The notes below the pieces were generated by a model. That model was given only the letters and a program-made list of their open reading frames with translations. It made no database searches and was not told the DNA's origin. A stretch of 64,000 bases of DNA from the human T2T-CHM13v2.0 reference genome, Homo sapiens, in the NCBI RefSeq assembly GCF_009914755.1, contig NC_060927.1. One strand, 5' to 3'. The translations under genes were made by a program, and so were the position numbers. Within the stretch, counting starts at the first letter, position 1. Each line of letters begins with the position of its first letter. Positions 54,934-64,000 of this stretch are shown piece after piece.

Positions 54934-56957
54934 TAGATGCTTCAGTTTTAAAGCATTTTCTTGAGCATATCACCTGGAACCTAACTTTGCATTTACTTTC
55001 TAGAACATCTGTATCTAGTTGTCAGCTAAGATTTTTGGCTCCTAATGAGTCTGTGGCCAATCAAAACGCTTAAATATTTTTGCAATATCTTCTCTTTTCT
55101 ATATTTGAACATCTTTGTTAATTTATTTTGTATCTTCTACATTAATTCCTATCATGTTTCTATTTTTCATCTATAATCTAAATCTCAAACATTTCTTGAA
55201 TCAGCTCTATCATTCAGTATATCAGCTATTCCTTCTGGGTTATGTCACTCCAAATTGAACACATTCACCACCTATGTCTTCAAGTCACCAACAAAAATGT
55301 CAAGCAGGTCAGGCCTAAGGTCACAGCCCTGCAGCTTGTCATTCAAAACACCCCTCCAACTTGGTATCAATCCATTAATCAACTGCCTTTGTGCCATGAA
55401 ATGCTGCAATAGATAAAAATCTACTCATTGGTATTTTGAATTAGCCTAAACTATTTTACACTAGGGTTACATCATGGAAAGTGATTAAGTTTATATATTG
55501 GTTGTATAAAAAAAGATAGATGGACTAGCATTTTTTTGGTTCATAGCTATGTAATCTATAAATAGTTATGTATATTATTAAATATATCACAGGTATGGCT
55601 TAACAGATATTTTTACTTAGGGTGAGGCTAAGTTTAAGTAAAAACAATGAGTTTATTTTTAAAATCTAAGTAAATAGACAGTGTATTAATATGGCAAAAA
55701 TAGTGTTAAAAATCATTGAAATTAGGGAGTGCCTGGTATAAAGTTTTACAGTTTCAGTTTTCAATGCACAAATACATTATCTAACCCACATAAAACTAAA
55801 ATAGGGAGCACATGAGAGACATTATCAAATGCCTTACAAAATACACAGGCCCTATTCTTAATCAGTAAGTTTCAAGAAAGGTAAGAGTTTGAAATAAATT
55901 TACTTATCCTAAGCAAAACTTACCAGTTACTAGTAATCAATATCTCCTTTATAGAAGTAGGAAGGGTTCAAATATAGCAATAGACATGTATACTTCGATT
56001 TTTTTCCTAAGGTGCTAACAAGCCATCTGTTTAATAATCTGCTTCACCATTATGTGTGGCCTCAAGCTTGTGAGTCTATGATTATACTCTTACCTCCATT
56101 ATGAAAATTGGGACATTTCCTATCTCCAGTCGTTTAACGCTTCAACTATCCAAAATTGCTTCAAGATAACTGGCAATAACTCCTAAGTCATAGATGGATT
56201 TTTTTGTTTTGCTCTTTTAGCATGTATTTCATTTGACCCTAAGGACTTGAACTAATTTAGACTATCTGCATGTGCTCATCAATCAGTTAATAAACATTTT
56301 GAACATTTACTAGATGCTAAGCAATATGTTTAAAATTGTTTCCCCTGGGGAACTTAGAGTTTAGCAGGGGAGACGAGACAGATGTGTAAATAAATGCATA
56401 TTTATTTACAACATGACAAGTGCTGTAATAGGAATACATACAGAACATCATATGAATACAGAATAGGAACTATCCACCTTTGCGTGATTTTAAAAAGGTG
56501 GAGATATGTAAGCTGGGTCTTAAAGACTGTCCATGAATTCTGCAGGCAAAGAAAGATATTTATGATATTTATACCAATGGATTAGTAAGGTCAATGATCA
56601 TTGAGAAGTTTGGCAAACCTAGAACTCCAAAAGCATAAAAACATACCATGAAGGGCCTTGTGTGCCATGGTAAGAAGTCTGAACTTAGAAATTATAGAGA
56701 ACAAAAATAATGCTTAAGCAGTGGAATGACAAGATTTATTTTCAGAGAAATAATTTGTGAGAGTAAAGAAGTTATTTTCTTTACTGGATTGGAGGTTGAG
56801 GAGAGGAAATGCATCTCAAGCAGCAGGAAGAATTTTTAAAAAGGCTGCTGAGATAATGCAAGCAAACAATAATGAGAGCCAGAATCAAGGTGCTATCATA
56901 TTTTTGGCTTTAATTCCTCATCAACATGCTCTTCTCCTTCCAGCTTAATTATTTTTA

Positions 56958-57232
56958 GCCAGGCACGGTGGCTCATGCCTGTAACCCCAACACTTTGGGA
57001 GGCTGAGGTGGGTAGATCACTTAAGGCCAGGAGCTTGAGACCAGCCTGGCCAACGTGGCATAATCCTGTCTCTACTAAAAAATACAAACATAAGCCAGGC
57101 ATGGCGGCACATGCCTGTAATCCCAGCTACTTGGGAGGCTGAAGCACGAAAATCGCTTGAACCCAGGAGATCAAGATTGCACCATTGCACTCCAGCCCAT
57201 ATGACAAAGCAAGACTCTCTCAAAATAATAAA
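56958..57232 (+). mobile_element. Old Alu (J-like), internally shortened
   Basis: Alu dimer 'gccaggcacggtggctcatgcc...gcaagactctctcaaaataataaa'. Confidence 0.9.
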
Positions 57233-57559
57233 TTTTAGTAATTATTTTGATAGAGGAGGTGAAAACAAAAGAGTATTAAATTTACTATTTCTCCATCACC
57301 TGTCAACATTAGAATTTTCCTAAAGAACTGTCACTGTCTTGGTTTACTGCTTATGCTAATTTTTTTTAAATTTAAACAAGCAAAAGCCAGTGTTCTGTTA
57401 GTATCTTCTATAAGCTTCAGATTATACTAGGCTTTTATCCTTCCTGACACAATTATTACAGGTTTCGCTTACCTTTCCTATTTGAATTTGGTTACCAGTA
57501 TCTGTCAATATTTGCTAGATGTCTCCCAATCTGTGTCTGTTTCATTTTTATTTACTAAT

Positions 57560-57985
57560 AGAACTTCCAAATAGGTAGAAACACAAATATCTACAATAAA
57601 GTTTGCATTTCCCACCCTTCATTGTAGCTAAGTGTGGCCATCTGACTAAATTTGTCCAAGGGAAGTGAGAGGAACTAGCATGTATCTTTATGGCATAGAG
57701 CTATGCTTTTCTTCACTTCCTTCTTACTGATGGTTGCATTACAGAAGTGATGGCTGGAACTAGAGCAGACATACCATAGTAGATCATGAGGTGACCTCGA
57801 GAATGATGCCTATATGCAGCAAAGACAGAAAGAAGGCCGAGTCCACAAGAACGTTGTGGAGCACAGATATGTACCAGTCATAAACTATTCAACTTCAGAC
57901 TTTAACAAGAAGGAGAAATTATTTCTGTCCTGTTAAAACTTCTGCAACTTTAAGTTCTTAGCAACGAAGCCTAATCCTGATATGA
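57560..57985 (+). mobile_element. Old MLT1 LTR
   Basis: 'gcatttcccacc...gctaagtgtggccatctgactaa...tgatggctggaactagagcag...gaagcctaatcctga'. Confidence 0.65.
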
Positions 57986-58004
57986 TATCCCCTTTTAAAT
58001 GTTA

Positions 58005-58340
<336 letters not shown>

Positions 58341-58444
58341 ATTCAAACAGAAGAATAAAGAAAACATCACTGGCATCATTCCTCCATATCACCCAATTCT
58401 TACAATGAAGGTGAAAAAGAGAGAACCAAATAAACACAGGTTTA

Positions 58445-58565
58445 TTATATAAGAGAATATATTTTATAATTATGTATATATGTTATATATTGTTCATATA
58501 TATTATTCATTATTATATATTATTCATATATATGAATATATATTACTCATATATATTCTATTATA
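58445..58565. repeat. AT-rich low-complexity tract
   Basis: Directly visible in the sequence. Confidence 0.8.
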
Positions 58566-60387
58566 AATAAACTGGGATAATAGAATTAAATGAGGCAATC
58601 AATATAAAATTCTTAGTACAATGCCCTTTATATTGTAACTGCTCAATAAATAAGAGCTGTCATTACTTAGCATGAGTTAGTGGGCCTTACAATGCCTCAT
58701 TTCCTTTCATTGGTTTTACAAACTCCAGAATGAGGTCACTGCTATCTATGCTCTTTTACATTTTTACATCTCAAAGCAGTTCTCTCTTATTTATCAGATT
58801 AGGCTTGGACTAGAAGTTTACTTCACTGCTTTAACTTTTTGGAGGAAAAAAAAAGCACATTCACAAGTATACTACCATTTTTTTTGGTGTCTTCTTTGAA
58901 CAAGGTTTGTCTTTAGACTTTTCCATTACTTATTTTAGTTGTAAATGCCATCCCACCATGATCCCAAGATAATAATTACATACTGTCTTTGCATACCAAA
59001 TTCACTTTCTTCATTATTTATATTCTGCACTGGTGTGAAGATATTTCCGGCCAAAAATATTATTAATGTTCCTCTTCCTTATTTTCTCCAGTGAGAATGC
59101 ATCATTTCCACTATTGATCTGTCAGTGCCAGGTTTGCTTTCCTGTATCTTATTTGGTTTTAATGTGTCTACAAAATATTATCTCTAAACTGCTTTCAAAT
59201 TTCAGGTTGCCTTCTGGGTTTTTCCAGGTATGTTCCAACTTTCCCCATGTGCCCAAATAGTACAGGAAACTCATGCCTATGTCATGATACTACATACTCA
59301 GTCAACTACTCACTTCTGATAGCTACTTGTTTTCATCATTCAAGCTCTATAGGACTCCAAAGTCACTTGTAAACTATTTTATGCTTCTTTTGATGGTTTA
59401 TTTTAACACCAATTATAAGTAATAATCGGTAATTTCAATGTCTTTCAGGCTATCTTCTTAGTAAGTCTTCATGCAGTTACATCGATACTTTTCTTCAGTA
59501 TAGAAAAAACATCCACCATGAAGTTCCTTTTTCCTAAGATATTATAGGATTTCTTAAATGTGTTAATTCCTCTGAATTCACAATGTCAATTTTTAAACGT
59601 GAAAACAATTTCAAAGGCTACCATTCACAGAGTTAATATGTAATGGAGCCATAATTAATGGACACCACACTATCACAGAACTTAAATTTCCTGAACCCAA
59701 ATTCTTAAAATCTAGTTGGGGGTCAAGAGTAACAGACATAGAATAAACAATAAAAGACTATAATATATTACGCTAAGTTGCAAAAAAACATTATAAGTAG
59801 TAAAATATGGATACAATACTACAGGAAAAGGAGATTCATATAGATTTAATACATTGGGAATGATTTTATGAAGAAGGTAGAACTTAAACTGGGATTTTAA
59901 GAATAGTCAGCATTAGATAGGCAATAGCTTAGAGGAGAGTTTTTTGGGAAAGTTAAGGAATGTATGAGATATATCCATAACACCTTCCCAAGACATTGAG
60001 GACACCAAGCTAACAACAGTCGAAGGTATGTATTGTTACCAGTAGTAGTTTCTAAGTAGAGAAGACTCATGACATGGCAGACCTTGGGGCTCAGACATTA
60101 GAGTAAGCATGGCAGAACACAGTGTTTCCCAAACTAAAACTTCATGGAGATAGCCCAAGTCATCCACAAGTTTTCTATAAGAATTTTTAAATTTTGTGTT
60201 TTTATTTATTTAAGCAAATATATATAGTTTGATAGATTTATCCTAATGGCCACATTAATACAATGTACTGACCAGAGATTTCAGTACCCACATTTCAATA
60301 TGTACATTATTATATAGGCACAAACTACTTTAATTATTGAGGGCTCCTGAGAACAAAATAGAGACTGACTCAAAACATAAATGATTG

Positions 60388-63300
60388 TGGAGAGTGACTT
60401 CAGCAAGATGGTGAAATTAGAGTTCTCCACCTTCACTTCCCCCAACAGAAGTTCAACCAGCAACTATTAACAGACAAGAATACCTTCATGAATATCCCAT
60501 AACTTGGGAGTAAGGCTGAGACACCCACCTGCGTCACAGAACTTAGAAAAGCTACACTTGAAGGCCAAGAGGAATGGTTCTACCTGATTATGTTCCCTTC
60601 TCAAGCCAGCACAGCACCACACACAGAAAACTCCCCCCTAGACTGATGGTTTCTATGTTGAGAAAAAATGAGTTGGAGGCAGACATTCAGCTTCTCCACC
60701 ATTTTAGGACCCTTTGCAAGAGGCTCGCTTCTGTCTCATCCCACAGAAAACACTGGTAGTACCAGCAGGGCTACACCACCTGGGTCAGTTAGAAACAAAG
60801 AATGGGGGTGGGGCTCACAGTGACCAGTGTGCAGACCTTGGCCATTGCTCCGAATTCTGACCAATAAAGGCACCACACCAGAGATACTAGCGAATAGCAT
60901 CATGTTGCAGGAAGCATGTCTACAAGTCTATCAGACTCACGTACCTAGCTAGTATTTCCACATGTCCCCAGTGCTCTCCTTAAGGCTTTCCCAGGCCAGG
61001 AGGTAACTGCAGGTTGGTGATTACCCTTGAAGGGAGCATCTAGCCTCACCCAACCCCAGTGGCCAAGAGGTAATCCAACTAAGCACCTGTGCTCTCCTAA
61101 GTCTTCCCCAGGCCAGGAGGCAACTACAGGCTAGTGAGTACCCTCTGAGGGAGCATTTGCCCCACCCAAACCCAGCTGCTGAGTAGCAACTCCACTAAGC
61201 CTCAGTGCTCTGCTTAAACCTACCCTAGGCCAGGAGGCAAGCCCAAATCCATACATATCTTTAGAGATAGTCTCTAGCCCTACCCACTCCATGTGGCTGA
61301 GCAGCAACCCCAGAGACATCACCTAACCTCAGAGCCAAGCACACAGCCCTGCCTAACGACAGATTCTAGACAAAAGTATCTCCTAACAACCTTGCCTGAT
61401 CAGAAACTATCAGAGCCCAACAACAACTCTGCCTAATGGTAGAGTCTGGTCAGTAGTCTCACCAGACCATGGAGCACAGCCAGCAGTACCATTCAACCTC
61501 AGAGGACAGGAAGTGACCCAGCACAAGAAGAAAGACCAACACCAAGACATGCCTGTTGAGGGTTGCTGCCAGCTGGTGCATCCAGAACTTCAGGACAGAC
61601 TAAATAGTAAAGATCTGTCACCACCAAAGAACAACTATAAAGGCCAGAAGAGGTGGTGGTCTCCTTAAGTACACAGGTATAAGTGTAAAGACACAAGGGT
61701 TTTGAAAAACTGGGGAAAGATGGCACCAAAAGAAACTAATAAAGCTCCAATAATGGACCCAGAAGAAATGGTGATCTATGGAATGACTGACAAAAAGTTC
61801 AGAATAATCATCTTAAAGAAGTTCAGGGAACTCCAAGAAAATAAACTTACAAATGTAAGAAGATTGAAATCAACAAGTATCTTTTCAGATCACAGTGGCA
61901 TGAAATTAGAAATCAATAACAAGGGAAATCCTGGAAAATACAAAAATATGTGGAAATTAAACAACATGCTCCTGAACAATCAATGGGTCACAGAAGAAAT
62001 CAAAAAGGAAATCAAAATACCGACACAAATGAAAATGGAAACATAACATATTAAAATTTATGAAATGCAGTGAGAACAGTCCTATGGGTGAAGTTTGTAG
62101 TAACAAATACCTATTTCAAAAAGGAAGAAAGATCTCAAATAAATAATCTAATATTATACCACAGGGAACTAGAAAAATAAGAATAAGCAAAGCCGATAAG
62201 CAGAAGGAAGCAAATAACAAAGAACAGAGCAGAAATAGATATTAGAGAAAAAAAAACAGAATAAAATAAAAACAACTGACAGTTTATTTTTTGAAAAGCT
62301 AAACAATGTTGACAAGCCTCTAGCGAGACAAAGGAGAAAAAGAAGACAAATGAAGAGATCAGAAATGAAAGTGGAGACCACCAAGAAAAGTAATCCACAG
62401 AAATACATTATAAGAAACTACTATAAATATACACCAACAAATGGAATAATCTAGAATAAGTGAATAAATTCCTACATACACATCAAATCTACCAAGATTG
62501 AATCACGAAGAAATAGAAAATCTGAACAGACCAATAATGAGTAAGGAGATTGAATAAGTAATAAAAATACCCACCATCAAAGAAAAGCCCAGGACGAGAT
62601 GGCTTCACTGCATAATTCTACCAAACATTAAAGAAGAATTAATGCCAATTATTTTCAAACTCTTCCAAAAAGTGAAGTGGAAAAAATAATTTCTAAACTC
62701 TTTTGACAAGATGAGCATCACCCTGATACCAAAGCCAGACAATGACCAATAGCAGAGAAGAAAATTATAGGTCAATATCTCTGCTGAACATAGATGCGAA
62801 AAATCCTCAACAAAATATCGTAAAACAAATTCAATGACACATTAAATCCCAGGGATTTATCCCTGGGATGCAAGGATGTTTCAAAATATAGAAATCAATA
62901 AATGTAATACACCACATTAACAAAATGAAGAATAACAATTATGCGATCATCTCAATAGACGTGGAAAAAGTATTTCACAAAATTCAATACCTTTTCATGA
63001 TATAAACTCAACAGATTAAAGGGAATGTATTTCAACACAATGAATATATGAAAACCCATAGCTATTATCATTCTCAATAGTGAAAAGTTAAAAGCTTTTC
63101 CACTAAGATCAGGGACAAAACAAGGATGCCCACTCTTATCACTTCTTCTCAACATAGTACTGGAAGTTCTAGCCAGTGCAGTTAGGCAAGAGGGAAATAA
63201 AAAGGCATTCTAATAGTAAAGGAAGAACGAAATTGTCTCTATTTCCTGACAAAATAATCGTATATATATAAAACTCTAAAGACCTCACCACAAGGACAGG

Positions 63301-64000
63301 TGCAGTGGCTCACACCTGTAATCCTAGCAATTTGGGAGGCTGAGGTACGAGGATCAATTGAGCTCAGGAGTTAGAGACCAGCCTGAGCAATATAGTGAGA
63401 CCCCCATCTCAAAAAAGAAAACAAAAAAAAAAGACTCCACCACAAAACTGTTAGAACTGATAAATTTAGTAAATTTGCAGGATAGAAAATCAATATACAA
63501 AAATCAATAATGTTTCTATGTGCTAGTAAACTATCTGAAAAGAATATTAAGAAAGCAATCCCATTACAATAGCAACAAAAAAAATTAAATACTTACGGGT
63601 AAGTTTAACAATAGTTAGGTGTAAAAGATCTTTATACTTAGGTGTAAAAGACCCGTATATTTAACTATAAAACACTGATGAAAGAAATTGAAGAAAACAC
63701 AAATAAATTGAAAGATATCCTGTATTCATGGATTAGAAGAGTCAGCATTGTGAAAATGTCCATACTACCAAGGTGATCTACAGATTTAATGCAATCTGTA
63801 CCAAAATTCCAATGTCACTTTTCACAGAAATGGAAAATACAATTCTTAAATTTGTCTAGAACTACAAAAGCCCCCCAGTAGCCAAAACAATTTTGAGCCA
63901 AAAGGAATAAAGTTGGAGGCATCAAACTCCTTGATTTCAAAACATACTATAAGAGAATTGTTATCAAAACAGCATGGTACTGGCATAAAAACAGACACAT
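60388..64000 (+). mobile_element. Old L1M (MA/M2-3-like) with 5'UTR, ORF1 start, large internal deletion and decayed ORF2 running off the window
   Basis: 5' 'gacttcagcaagatgg'; ORF1-like MAPKETNKAP...KFRIIILKKFRELQEN; ORF2-like SIFSDHSGMKLEINN; continuous decayed ORF2 to 64000. Confidence 0.88.
63294..63430 (+). mobile_element. Alu left monomer (FLAM-like) inserted in the old L1
   Basis: Single arm plus A-tail; degenerate TSD aaagac(ct/tc)caccaca on both sides. Confidence 0.88.

Overview
Repeat-dense, AT-rich primate DNA, most likely human given a consensus-like AluYa5, and probably intronic or intergenic. I cannot support any host protein-coding gene here: the long ORFs all belong to LINE-1, and the short ones are Alu, microsatellite or chance ORFs. 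The window holds three young L1PA2-4 insertions: A (15936-20646), B (40372-45460) and C (52497-54907). It also holds two long old L1M relics, about a dozen Alu copies and fragments, MaLR/ERVL LTRs, Tigger-family DNA transposons and L2/MIR remnants. A and C are each 5'-inverted (twin-primed) and each carries a 3' transduction, shown by target-site duplications lying 650-840 bp beyond the L1 tail. B has an intact 5'UTR and ORF1 but three internal ORF2 deletions. A and B look like different subfamilies, yet they share private mutations, including a 2-bp frameshift and a ~410-bp identical tract. A and C share a nonsense mutation. This points to local non-allelic gene conversion among neighbouring L1s. 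There are also weak minus-strand exon candidates downstream of B's antisense promoter. Subfamily names come from my recall of consensus sequences, not from a search. I see unusual instances of known mechanisms, not a demonstrably new biological system.
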